Part shown: positions 6,813 to 16,803 of the stretch, one piece after another
Position numbering within the stretch: the stretch's first letter is position 1
Layout of the letters: each line of letters starts with the position of its first letter
From: Clostridia bacterium
GTDB lineage: Bacteria > Bacillota > Clostridia > Christensenellales > RUG350
Reading direction: 5' to 3'
DNA length: 35,433 nucleotides
Assembly: GCA_045633305.1 (NCBI GenBank)
Contig: JAZQYG010000093.1
Coordinates: forward strand, 1 to 35,433
Made by a program: the position numbers and the translations under genes
The notes under the pieces: model-generated
Told to the model about the DNA's origin: nothing
The model's input: only the letters and a program-made list of their open reading frames with translations
Databases searched by the model: none

Positions 6813-8525
6813 ATGAAAAGAGCACTTTCAGTTGTAATTACGGTCGTTCTTGCGCTTGCTTGCATGGCAGGTTCGCTCGTTCTCTTTTCGGGCTGTGACG
6901 ACAACAATCCGTTCAAAATCGACCCGAATCGTACCCAACTTTATATCGGTGTAAAAGACGACGGTATCGGTAAAGATTGGGTATATGATGCAATCACTCA
7001 ATTTGAGGCAGAATATCCAAAGATTCAGGTAATTCCTAAATTTGAGGACACCCTTTACGAGGAAAAGAACGTTAAAACTACTATGCCCACCGCGAAAGAG
7101 AGCGTTTACGTCCTTTCTAGTTTGGACATTTATACTAGTTGGTTGACCAAAAATGCGGACGGAAGTTACTCTTCTCCGTATTTACTCAATCTCTACGATA
7201 TATTTAATGAAGACCCAGAAGGCGAGGAAAAATCTATTTTAGATAGAATGGACCAAGAAGAACGCGCTCACCTTACGTCTACCGACGCTAACGGTAATCC
7301 CGCAATTTATACCCTTCCATACTATGAAACTTACTGGGGCGCAATTTACGACCACAAACTATTCACGGCGGAAGGTTTATACAATCTAGACGGTTACGTC
7401 GGTATTGACTGCGAAGACGGAACACCCGACGATACGTACGGTCCTGACGGCGTTGCTAATACCTACGACGACGGACTTCCCGCAACTTGGGAAGATATGA
7501 AAATCTTGATGGACGTAATGGTAAGTAAAGGTATTACTCCTTTCACTTGGACTTATAACTATTACACCTATCAAACTCAATTTTTGAACTCGATATTCGC
7601 TATGTATGAAGGTAAAGAGGATTTCCTTCGTCGTTACACTATGACTGGCGCAGACGACGACCCGGCAATCGGCGAAATCGATTATACCAACGCATATAAA
7701 CTTGCTGACCAAGAAGGTCTTCGCGCTGCCGTTACCGTTGCAAAACACATAATGAGCAACGACCAGTATTATTCGAAGAACGCTACCTATTCTACTCAAT
7801 CTCACACTGCAGCTCAAGACGAGTTCATCACCAGTGTAAAAGCGCCCGGCGCTAAACCTATCGGTTTCTTGCTCGAATCCGGTTGGTGGGAAAATGAAGC
7901 AAAAGGAACTTTTGCGTCTATGGCTGCTATGTACGGTGAAGAATATGCATACGGAAACAGAGAATTTAAATGGCTTCCTTTCCCTAAATTCTTGGGTAGC
8001 CCCGATATAAAAGACCAAACCAACACCAAAACTACTATGTATAGCGGTGTAGGAACTGGTGGCGCTGGATGGCTTATAAGCGCAAACACCCCTGCTGAAA
8101 TCCTTCCTATCGCAAAAGATTTCGTTAAATTCTGCAATAGCGAAAGGATGTCTGCAAGATTTACCGAGATTACCGGTATTTGTAAGCCTTTGTCTTATTC
8201 TATGACTGACGAGCAAAAGGCAAATATGACCACCTACACTAGAACGATTTATGAAAACGTTCATAATCCTGAAGTTGAAAAGATTAGAGCAAGAACTAGA
8301 AACCCTCTTATCGTAAATGCTGCCAGTTACTTTACCGATTACTCTTTTAGAGCGGTAATCTTGAAAGGTACAAACCGTCAATCTTCAGAAAAGAACCCCT
8401 TCGATACCTTTAGAAACTATCCTGAACTTACCGTTGACCAGTACCTTGAGGGTATCAAAGCAGTTTACAACCAAAAAGAGTGGAACGACAAACTTTCACA
8501 ATGGTACTATCTTTTTAACGATTAA
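6813..8525 (+). CDS. Carbohydrate ABC transporter solute-binding lipoprotein (SBP family 1)
   Basis: GGAGG SD before ATG 6813, lipobox FSG-C, motifs LPYYETYWGAIYD, LPATWED, ESGWWENE; precedes two CUT1 permeases. Confidence 0.9.
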   Translation: MKRALSVVITVVLALACMAGSLVLFSGCDDNNPFKIDPNRTQLYIGVKDDGIGKDWVYDAITQFEAEYPKIQVIPKFEDTLYEEKNVKTTMPTAKESVYVLSSLDIYTSWLTKNADGSYSSPYLLNLYDIFNEDPEGEEKSILDRMDQEERAHLTSTDANGNPAIYTLPYYETYWGAIYDHKLFTAEGLYNLDGYVGIDCEDGTPDDTYGPDGVANTYDDGLPATWEDMKILMDVMVSKGITPFTWTYNYYTYQTQFLNSIFAMYEGKEDFLRRYTMTGADDDPAIGEIDYTNAYKLADQEGLRAAVTVAKHIMSNDQYYSKNATYSTQSHTAAQDEFITSVKAPGAKPIGFLLESGWWENEAKGTFASMAAMYGEEYAYGNREFKWLPFPKFLGSPDIKDQTNTKTTMYSGVGTGGAGWLISANTPAEILPIAKDFVKFCNSERMSARFTEITGICKPLSYSMTDEQKANMTTYTRTIYENVHNPEVEKIRARTRNPLIVNAASYFTDYSFRAVILKGTNRQSSEKNPFDTFRNYPELTVDQYLEGIKAVYNQKEWNDKLSQWYYLFND

Positions 8526-8575
8526 TATAATAACGAATTGACGTCCACAAACAAAAGCGACTTTTAAGGAAAATT

Positions 8576-9505
8576 ATGGAACAACAAACTGTTTACAAAA
8601 AAAAGAAAAACAAAATCCAACGCCGTAACGATTGGCTGTTTATACTGTCAATCGTTACCTGGCCGATAATCGTGTGGATTATTTTATACGTAGGCGCGCA
8701 CGGAAATCAATTTATAATGGCTTTCCAAGACTATAAACCCGAAACGAATACTTTCGTTATGTCTGGATTCCATAATTTGGAGGATTTTGTATATAACGTT
8801 TTTTACGACCCTGAACTTTCAGTTGCAATGCGAAATTCAATGCTCGTATATGCTATTGAACTTTTCTTCGGTATGCCTATATCGATAATAATTTCGTACT
8901 GTATCTATAAAAAGGTATGGGGCGCAGGCTTTTTCAAAGTCGTCCTTTTGCTCCCTTCAATCATTTCGGGAATCATTTGGGTTTTGATATTCAAGTACCT
9001 CGTAGAAAAAGGTCTTCCCGTTGCCCTGGGAAAAGTAGGACAAATGCCAAGTTTGATAACTTCGGCAAATACGGCGCTAGGAACAATGATTTTCTATTCA
9101 CAATGGATAGGCTTAGCGGGCAACCTAATTCTTTATACGGGTGCTATGAGCCGTGTTCCCGCATCTTTGGTAGAGTATGGAAAACTTGACGGACTTGGAG
9201 CGCTTAAAGAACTTTGGCATTTAACTATACCTTTGATATTCCCGACCATTACCGTTTTCTTGGTAACGGGTGTTGTAGGCATATTCACGAGCAGTTTAGC
9301 GACGTATTCCTTCCACGGAAGTAACGCGCCTGTCTCAACGTATACTACGGGATATTATTTCTTCATTAAAATATTTAACGCGCCGAGTATGGCTGAATAT
9401 CCGTATATTGCCGCAGGCGGTATGGTGTTCTCAATCGTTGCAACGCCGATAACCCTTTTCGTAAAGCATATGCTCGAAAAGTACGGTCCGTCGGTAGAAT
9501 ATTAA
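8576..9505 (+). CDS. Carbohydrate ABC transporter permease (MalF/UgpA-like)
   Basis: About six TM segments; EAA-loop variant LVEYGKLDG; HLTIPLIFP. Confidence 0.92.
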   Translation: MEQQTVYKKKKNKIQRRNDWLFILSIVTWPIIVWIILYVGAHGNQFIMAFQDYKPETNTFVMSGFHNLEDFVYNVFYDPELSVAMRNSMLVYAIELFFGMPISIIISYCIYKKVWGAGFFKVVLLLPSIISGIIWVLIFKYLVEKGLPVALGKVGQMPSLITSANTALGTMIFYSQWIGLAGNLILYTGAMSRVPASLVEYGKLDGLGALKELWHLTIPLIFPTITVFLVTGVVGIFTSSLATYSFHGSNAPVSTYTTGYYFFIKIFNAPSMAEYPYIAAGGMVFSIVATPITLFVKHMLEKYGPSVEY

Positions 9506-9518
9506 GGAGGGCAGGAAA

Positions 9519-10427
9519 ATGGCACAAAAAATAACTACTCTTGATAAGCAATCACAACGTTCCGTATTCGGCATCGTATCGACCTCCCTTCTTTCTTTAT
9601 ATGCAATAACTCTCATACTCCCCCTTTGTTGGGCGTTTATGAGCGCAATGAAAACCGACCTTGACTTTTTGTTCAATCCTCTCGGTTTTCCGAGCACAAA
9701 GGCAGGATGGCATCCCGAAAACTTTATAACGGCTTTCCAAAAAGCGTTTATCGTCGTTTATAGAGCGGACGGCTCTCAACACGTTGCGTATCTTCCCGAA
9801 ATGTTTATGTGGAGTTTTGTTTTTGCAGTAGGAACTACGCTCTTTAACGAAGTATCAAGATGTTGTTGCGCATACATTATGGCAAAATACAGAAAATACT
9901 GGCTCCCAAGACTTATGCACGACGTAATTATCGTATTGATGGTTATACCTTTGGTTGGTTCGCTTGGTTCTTCTCTTATCATTTATAAAGCAGTTGGAAT
10001 CTATGACAATATGATAATGTGGTTCTTGTTTTCAATGGGCTTTTCTGGTTCTAACGCCCTCATCTATTACGCGTCGTTTAGAGGCGTATCGTGGGGATAT
10101 GCGGAGGCAGCGTATATAGACGGAGCAAGTAACTACACCGTTATGTTTAGGATTATGATGCCTATGATAAGACCTATTATGATGGCGCATATGCTCTTAA
10201 CCTTTAAAGCCTTTTGGAACGATTATTCAACTCCGATGGTATACCTTCCCAGTTTCCCCGTTGTTGCATACGGTTTGTTCAAATTCCAAAACAGCGGTGA
10301 TAACGCGGTTACTATACCCGTTCAGATGGCTGCAAGTACTATGGTTGCAATGCCTATCCTTATTATGTACATAGCGTTTAGAAATCAACTCGTAGGTAAT
10401 ATGTCCATAGGCGGACTAAAGGGTTAA
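9519..10427 (+). CDS. Carbohydrate ABC transporter permease (MalG-like)
   Basis: EAAYIDGAS...IMMPMIRP, FWNDY, C-terminal MSIGGLKG; AAGGAGG SD. Confidence 0.94.
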   Translation: MAQKITTLDKQSQRSVFGIVSTSLLSLYAITLILPLCWAFMSAMKTDLDFLFNPLGFPSTKAGWHPENFITAFQKAFIVVYRADGSQHVAYLPEMFMWSFVFAVGTTLFNEVSRCCCAYIMAKYRKYWLPRLMHDVIIVLMVIPLVGSLGSSLIIYKAVGIYDNMIMWFLFSMGFSGSNALIYYASFRGVSWGYAEAAYIDGASNYTVMFRIMMPMIRPIMMAHMLLTFKAFWNDYSTPMVYLPSFPVVAYGLFKFQNSGDNAVTIPVQMAASTMVAMPILIMYIAFRNQLVGNMSIGGLKG

Positions 10428-10457
10428 TTCCAAGGAGTTTTCAATTTAGGAGAAAAA

Positions 10458-13400
10458 ATGAGAAAATCCAAGTATTTATTAAGTCTCGTTCTCGTCGTAG
10501 TGATGATTAGCGCAATAACCGCTATTTTTACGGGAACGGCAATAGGCGAAAGCGACGTTTTCGATACGGGCGCGTATTATACCGTTCAAGAAAACTTCAC
10601 TTCAGATAAAGTTGCCGATGCAAAAGCCGGAACTCTTATAACCGCTAGCGCAAGCGGGCAGGCTTTAAGATTCAAAAATTCTCTTGCGGGAGATTTTGAG
10701 GTAGAGTTCAGACCCCTTGCTCAAACGACGGGCACGCCCGATTTTACAAAAATAAGTTTCTACGTGCGTTCCAACGATAGCCGATACGGGTTTTATATGT
10801 ATTTGGAGCATACTGGCTTTGACGCGGAAACAAAACTTGAAAAAGTCAGATACGGACTTTCTCTCGTTATGCCCGAGCGTGTGTACGGTTGGGGTAAAGG
10901 ATTAACTAATCCCGGTCTAACGGAAACGTCGACGAGCAGTTTCATTAATCAAGGTGAAATTGCAAAAATGGGCTTTGACGTAGACAGCAAAGAAGTTTAC
11001 GTATACAATAGCGGCGTCAAAAAAGTAATGCTCGACCTTGATAGTGAAGCAAGCATGAACGCAAAACGTATGAATACTAACGTTTTGTACAAAGGATTTT
11101 CTTCGTATAACGTAGAAATAGTAGTAGACGGCATCACTGGCACGAACGCACAATTTTTGCTCTATTCGGTAAATGGCCAAAATCTTTCGGGAGCAAACAA
11201 TGCAGGCCCGTCCGTTTCTGGCAACCCCAGAATACCTAACGCCGTTTTGAATCAAGAATACGTAATCAATCCTTCTAGCGTAACGACTTTTGACTTTATT
11301 GATGGATTCAAGAGCGAATTTAAAGGAGAGATAAACGCAGTTTCGCCCGGCGGAGACGTTATTCCTTTCGTTAATAACAAGTTTACTCCTACGCAAACCG
11401 GTAGTTACGGAATAACCTTCCTTCCCGTGGACGACGCGGGCGTTCAAGGCGTAGCAAAGACTGTTGAAATCGACGTTCTTGGCGCGCAACCCGAACCCGT
11501 TCTCGAAATAGCGTATCCTTTATTTAATCAAACCGTAGCAAAAGATACTCTAGTTTATTTCCCATCCGCTACGGCATTTAGCAAATTAGATAAATATAAC
11601 ACTGCAATATCTCCCGTTCTTTCAATCAAAAAAGACGGAGCAGAAATAGTTTCGTATAGCGCTACCTCTTATAGTGAATATATGTTCACGGAAGAAGGAG
11701 AGTACGTTGTCGAAATTTCGGCAACCGACGTATACGGCGAAACGGTCAAAAAGAGCGCGACCATAACGGTGTCTTCCTCCGTTCCTTATTTGACCTTTGT
11801 AAAACAACCTAAAAGTATTTATTCTGTCGACACTTCTTTTACCGTGCCTGTGGCAAGAGTAGAGGGAGGTCAAGTAAGCACGATAATTGAATTCCCCGAC
11901 GGGAGAAGAGTTAATACCGATTGCGTTCAACTTGACGCTCTTGGAACGTACAAATTGACCTATATAGCAAACGTTAGTGGAAACACGTACGAATACGTGA
12001 GATACTTTAACGTAGACCGCTCTGCAGCCTCCCTTCTTACCAGTTATAGCGCAATCACTTCGGAAAGCGCAGTTTCTCCCGATTATTCAGCGGAAGAATA
12101 CAGAGGGGTAAAAATTACCGGTTCAAGAGCAATGTCAACGGCAAGGTGGGCAAACGTTATCGATTTGCGCGACAACACGAAAGATAACAAACTCATTGAA
12201 TTTTTCGTAATGCCTGAAGTTCAAGGCGAAAAGGAATATTCACAATTCCGTATCACGCTTACCGATATATATAACGATGCGAATAAAGTAATCCTTGAAT
12301 TTAACGAAGACAAAAACGCGGATAAATATAAATTAGATATCTCTGTTTGCGCAAATAAAGACGGCATCTTTGCTCCTCTTTCGAAGAATATCCGTATGAG
12401 CGTACAGGGAGCGTATAACTCAAGCAGAAGTTTTGGTTGGTATCCTGCAATTAGTTCGTACTTATATTACGACTATGCAACAAACACCATAGGCGGTGGA
12501 CTTCCTAACCAAAACAATACTACTCTCGGAAAGCATGATTTAGTTGATTTAACCGACGAAGAAGTAGTTGGAATAGGTAATGCGTTTAAAGGCTTCACGA
12601 CGGGCGAGGTTTATCTTGATATATCTTTCGTAACCCTCGCGTCTTCCTCTCCCGACATGCTCATTATGAACGTAGACGGACAGGACCTTTCTACCGAGTA
12701 CGTAGTTGACACTACCGCGCCCTTTTTCAGTATTGATTTTGAAGGTAACGACGAAAACGATTTACCTTTGGGTGTAGTTGGAACGGCATATCCTATATAT
12801 TCGGCTATAGCAAGAGACAACGTTGACGGTCTTTGCGTAAGCCCAGATATTAAAATTTACGCGTACGACGCGCTTGGAGGAAGAAGTCGTTATTTGAACG
12901 TAAGTGAAACTTCATTTATGCCGGAGCAAGGCGGTAAATACGGAATCGAATATACGGCAAGTGATAAACACGGCAACGTAGCAACTAAAACGATATACGT
13001 TGACGTAGTCGATACTCTTCCTTCCATTACTTACGACTGGATGGGAATAGAAGAGACCGCGGTAACGGGTGAAAAATACATAATCCCTGAAGGCGAATCA
13101 AGCGGTGGTAGTGGAAAACACAAAAAGACCTTGACCGTAACGTTAAACGACGAGCCTATCACGATTACTGATAATTCTTTCGTACCCGAAAAGGCGGGAG
13201 ATTATATCGTAACCGTAAAAATAGAAGATTACCTCAAAAACGTTTCGACTTTCACAAAAACTATTACCATATCCGCTAACCCCGAACCCGTATTCGTAAG
13301 AGGTACGGTGCCCGAGGCGGTGGTACTAAACAAAGACGTAGTATTTGCTCCGTGGAAAGCGTACGATTATTCTTCTGGAGACAAGGGAGAAATTCCCGTA

Positions 13401-14780
13401 ACGATTAAAGTTAAAAAACAAGGCGCGGACGAGTCGACGGCAACAACTTTAGGCTCAGACCGCAAGTTCAAAGCAACCGAGGTTGGCGTTTGGGAGATAA
13501 CTTTCTCTGCGTCTATCGTGGGTGGCGTGACGAGAGCGGAAACGTATACTTTCGTGGCTCTTGACCTTACCGCAGGTTCAAACGACAGCAAAACCTATTT
13601 GCACCTTGCTAATTACTTTGCGACCGAAAACTTAACCATTGAAAGGACTCCCGTATCGAGTGACCCCAACGAAAGAAGTTTCTATTTTGGTTTGAATACC
13701 TCGACGGAGGGAGGCTCGGCTACTTTCGTTAACGCTCTTCCTGCGGATGGATTTAACGTTAGATTTACCGTTCCTCAAAACGCAAACAATTTCGATAGAC
13801 TGGTTGTAACTCTCGTGGATAGTTTAAATCCCGAACAAAAACTTGTCTTTGAAATTCAAAAAGATGATGAGATAACAAAAATAGTAAATGGAAAACTTGC
13901 AATTCCCGAATATCCTACTTGTCCTATTTGGGTAAACGGAGAAGAACGTGAAATAAACGGTTCTTTCCGTGGATATACTGGAAGACCTTTTGAAATTAAC
14001 TATGATAACGATTCCTTCTTATTGCGAGATTACGTGGGTATCACCATAACGAATATACACAAAGGCGCAAACGGTTTAGAGTGGAAGGGATTTGAAAGTG
14101 GAAAGGTTTATATGAGCCTATCTTTTGTGGGGGTAACTGGTCCAAGTTCTATTAACCTCTCGGTAATATGCGACCAAGCGTTTAACCTCACGACTAAAAA
14201 GGATATTACGAAACCTACTATAATAATGCCTTCGTCAAAACCCGTTGAATTCGGCGAAATGCTCGTAATTCCCGCCGCGTCCGCCTTTGACGTTCTTTCA
14301 GACGTTGAGCAGTTCACCGTAACGGTAACTTCTCCCTCTGGTCAAGTGCTTATTAACAATCAAGACGCGACCAAGGAATATTCGATAGAAGCAAACGAAT
14401 ACGGAGATTATAACGTTAACTATTACGTAAAAGACTCCGTAGGCAACGAAACGACTGCGTATACCGCCTCTGGTTATATAGTAACCGTGCGTGACAAAAT
14501 TGCTCCCACGCTTACCATAAACGGAACGGTTTCCGAGTCTATCACGCCGAACAAAGAATTTACTCCTCCCTCTGCAACGGTAACCGACAACAGAGTAGGA
14601 GGCTCGGCAACGCTTACCGTTTACTGGATTCTTCCTAGCGGTGAAATGGTGACAGTTGGTGAAGATGGAAAAATTTCTGCCGACTACACTAAACAGGTAG
14701 GCAAATATACCCTCTTGTATTACGGAGAGGACGTTGACGGATATACCGTGATAGAGTCGTTCACCGTAATAGTAGGATAA
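10458..14780 (+). CDS. Large secreted multidomain protein (3 beta-sandwich-like modules interleaved with Ig-like repeats), function unknown
   Basis: Sec-type signal peptide. Three modules end in (Y/F/W)KGF...(V)...I-x-x-V/I-x-G/D-Q; recurring G-x-Y-x-I/V-x-Y/F Ig-like strands; DTTAP/DITKP/DKIAP linkers; no visible C-terminal anchor. Confidence 0.8.
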   Translation: MRKSKYLLSLVLVVVMISAITAIFTGTAIGESDVFDTGAYYTVQENFTSDKVADAKAGTLITASASGQALRFKNSLAGDFEVEFRPLAQTTGTPDFTKISFYVRSNDSRYGFYMYLEHTGFDAETKLEKVRYGLSLVMPERVYGWGKGLTNPGLTETSTSSFINQGEIAKMGFDVDSKEVYVYNSGVKKVMLDLDSEASMNAKRMNTNVLYKGFSSYNVEIVVDGITGTNAQFLLYSVNGQNLSGANNAGPSVSGNPRIPNAVLNQEYVINPSSVTTFDFIDGFKSEFKGEINAVSPGGDVIPFVNNKFTPTQTGSYGITFLPVDDAGVQGVAKTVEIDVLGAQPEPVLEIAYPLFNQTVAKDTLVYFPSATAFSKLDKYNTAISPVLSIKKDGAEIVSYSATSYSEYMFTEEGEYVVEISATDVYGETVKKSATITVSSSVPYLTFVKQPKSIYSVDTSFTVPVARVEGGQVSTIIEFPDGRRVNTDCVQLDALGTYKLTYIANVSGNTYEYVRYFNVDRSAASLLTSYSAITSESAVSPDYSAEEYRGVKITGSRAMSTARWANVIDLRDNTKDNKLIEFFVMPEVQGEKEYSQFRITLTDIYNDANKVILEFNEDKNADKYKLDISVCANKDGIFAPLSKNIRMSVQGAYNSSRSFGWYPAISSYLYYDYATNTIGGGLPNQNNTTLGKHDLVDLTDEEVVGIGNAFKGFTTGEVYLDISFVTLASSSPDMLIMNVDGQDLSTEYVVDTTAPFFSIDFEGNDENDLPLGVVGTAYPIYSAIARDNVDGLCVSPDIKIYAYDALGGRSRYLNVSETSFMPEQGGKYGIEYTASDKHGNVATKTIYVDVVDTLPSITYDWMGIEETAVTGEKYIIPEGESSGGSGKHKKTLTVTLNDEPITITDNSFVPEKAGDYIVTVKIEDYLKNVSTFTKTITISANPEPVFVRGTVPEAVVLNKDVVFAPWKAYDYSSGDKGEIPVTIKVKKQGADESTATTLGSDRKFKATEVGVWEITFSASIVGGVTRAETYTFVALDLTAGSNDSKTYLHLANYFATENLTIERTPVSSDPNERSFYFGLNTSTEGGSATFVNALPADGFNVRFTVPQNANNFDRLVVTLVDSLNPEQKLVFEIQKDDEITKIVNGKLAIPEYPTCPIWVNGEEREINGSFRGYTGRPFEINYDNDSFLLRDYVGITITNIHKGANGLEWKGFESGKVYMSLSFVGVTGPSSINLSVICDQAFNLTTKKDITKPTIIMPSSKPVEFGEMLVIPAASAFDVLSDVEQFTVTVTSPSGQVLINNQDATKEYSIEANEYGDYNVNYYVKDSVGNETTAYTASGYIVTVRDKIAPTLTINGTVSESITPNKEFTPPSATVTDNRVGGSATLTVYWILPSGEMVTVGEDGKISADYTKQVGKYTLLYYGEDVDGYTVIESFTVIVG

Positions 14781-14790
14781 GGAGGAAAGT

Positions 14791-16791
14791 ATGAAAAGAA
14801 TATTGTGTATATTACTAGCAATCGTAATTTCTTGCTCCGTATTCCTAGTTGCGTGTGACGGATGTTCGGAAAAGCCAAAGTATGAAGAACAAACTATTAC
14901 GCGTACGGATATCGTACTTTTTGACGGCAAAAAATCGGAATACAAAATAGTAATTCCTGAAAAAGCAAGCGAATATGAAACCTTTGCGGCAGAAGAATTA
15001 GTTTTATTCTTTGAAGAGGCAACGGGTGTAGAACTTGAAGTAATCGCCGATACCGGTCTTACTCACTCGGAAGAAAACAAATATTTTTCAATCGGACAAA
15101 CGAGCCTTCTTTCGGGTACTGATATCTTAATAAGTTACGAAGAACTCGGTAACGACGGATACAAACTTATAAGAAAGGGCAAAAGTTTATATTTTTGCGG
15201 CGGCTCGGGATTCGGAACGGTATACGCCGTATACGGATTCTTGAAGGAAGCCGTAGGATATACTCCTCTTGCTCCCGACGAGATTATTATCAATAAGGCT
15301 TATAGACTCAATATGCCTGACTTTAACGTAACGGATATACCCGCTATTGCATATAGAACGGGCGGTCACTACGTTACTAACGAAGGAAACAAACTTTTCG
15401 CTATGCGTTCAAGAACATACGCGGGTCACGGTTTGAGCATGTTCCAAGAAGATATTTGGGGTACGTGGTCACACACTCACTTCCCTCTTTTACCTAAGGC
15501 AACCTATGAAGAGGCTCATCCCGACTGGTATAGTACGGACGGTACTCAACTATGTCTTTCGAATAGTGAAATGAGAACGGAAATGGTTGAGTCAATCAAA
15601 CGCGCTATACTTGCCGATTCCACTTCGGAATTATATATGATAGGACAAGAGGACTCTAACTCCTTCTGTATATGTGACGCTTGTCAAGCAAACAAAGACG
15701 CGCTCGGCGGAAGAGAAAGCGCTCTTATGATGGAGTTTATAAACGATATCGCAATGCGTATTGACGCTTGGGCAAAAGTTGAAATTCCCCATAGACGTAT
15801 TCTTATCGGAACGTTTGCTTACCAAATGACGGAAGCGCCTCCCGTTGAGGACAATGATAAAGACGGTGTTTACCAAATTATTCCCGTTCCTTCCGTTTTG
15901 AAAGACTCGGTAAGAGGAGCAGACGGTAGAATTACGGACCGCACAACCCCCGTAACGTCACTCAAAGCAAACGATAACGTATTCGTAATGATAGCGCCCA
16001 TTTACGCAGACTGGTCCACTCCTTTGAACGACGTAACCCATAACGCTAATGCAAAAACAGCCCTTGAAGGTTGGTCGGTAGCATCGGATAAACTTGCTCT
16101 TTGGACGTATTGTAACAACTTCAATATGACACTCGAATATTTCGATAACGTCAACATGATAGCAACTAACTACGGCATATACGAAGATATGAACGCCTTT
16201 TATATCTACGACGAGTCCGGTCAGTCCGTAAAAGGCGGTATGATGTTCCAAATAATGATGGGATACCTAAACAGCGAACTTATGTGGGATAACGACCTCA
16301 ACGTAGACCAGCTCATAGATACCTTTATGAACGGTTACTACAAAGAGGCTGCAGTGCCCATGAGAAAACTTTTCGACCTTATGAGAACGTACTTCACAAC
16401 GAGGAAAAGACAACTTTCAATAGAAAAGAACACTCATTACGGTACGGGTATTTGGAGAGCGGACGCAAACAAGGCGGAACTTAGTAAAGATTTTTGGAAT
16501 ATCGGTGTGCTAGAACAAATGATTTCTTATATCGACGAGGCGTATGAGGCGATAGATAACGCCGTATACGACGCGCAAGACAGAGAAACGATGAAACTCA
16601 GAATAATGCAAGAATCTCTCACCCCAAGGATGTATTTACTTCAATTATTTGCTCCTCAAATTGAAACTAACACTTATCTAAAAATGATAGAAGAATTTGA
16701 AGCAGATATGTCTGCTCTTGGTATGAGTTATATCTTTAGTGGTAAAACGCTTACAGAAACTACTAATCAGTGGAGAAATAATAAACTTTAA
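14791..16791 (+). CDS. DUF4838-like lipoprotein (putative glycoside-hydrolase-like fold)
   Basis: Lipobox LVA-C. N-terminal AAEEL-F...TG...GTVYAVYGFL (hexosaminidase/GH67 N-domain-like), H-T-H, HPDWY...QLCLSN, GQED, FC-x-C-x-x-C, FAY, LMWD. Confidence 0.8.
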   Translation: MKRILCILLAIVISCSVFLVACDGCSEKPKYEEQTITRTDIVLFDGKKSEYKIVIPEKASEYETFAAEELVLFFEEATGVELEVIADTGLTHSEENKYFSIGQTSLLSGTDILISYEELGNDGYKLIRKGKSLYFCGGSGFGTVYAVYGFLKEAVGYTPLAPDEIIINKAYRLNMPDFNVTDIPAIAYRTGGHYVTNEGNKLFAMRSRTYAGHGLSMFQEDIWGTWSHTHFPLLPKATYEEAHPDWYSTDGTQLCLSNSEMRTEMVESIKRAILADSTSELYMIGQEDSNSFCICDACQANKDALGGRESALMMEFINDIAMRIDAWAKVEIPHRRILIGTFAYQMTEAPPVEDNDKDGVYQIIPVPSVLKDSVRGADGRITDRTTPVTSLKANDNVFVMIAPIYADWSTPLNDVTHNANAKTALEGWSVASDKLALWTYCNNFNMTLEYFDNVNMIATNYGIYEDMNAFYIYDESGQSVKGGMMFQIMMGYLNSELMWDNDLNVDQLIDTFMNGYYKEAAVPMRKLFDLMRTYFTTRKRQLSIEKNTHYGTGIWRADANKAELSKDFWNIGVLEQMISYIDEAYEAIDNAVYDAQDRETMKLRIMQESLTPRMYLLQLFAPQIETNTYLKMIEEFEADMSALGMSYIFSGKTLTETTNQWRNNKL

Positions 16792-16803
16792 TAGGAAAAG
16801 GAT

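Noticed and set aside
6716-6898. 60-aa + strand ORF as a leader peptide
   Set aside because: Its GTG lies 2 nt after the -10 box, before the predicted +1; it has no SD and overlaps the SBP gene out of frame.
7386-8381. 331-aa minus-strand ORF
   Set aside because: Lies wholly antisense to the well-supported SBP gene with no recognisable motifs; a shadow ORF from codon bias.
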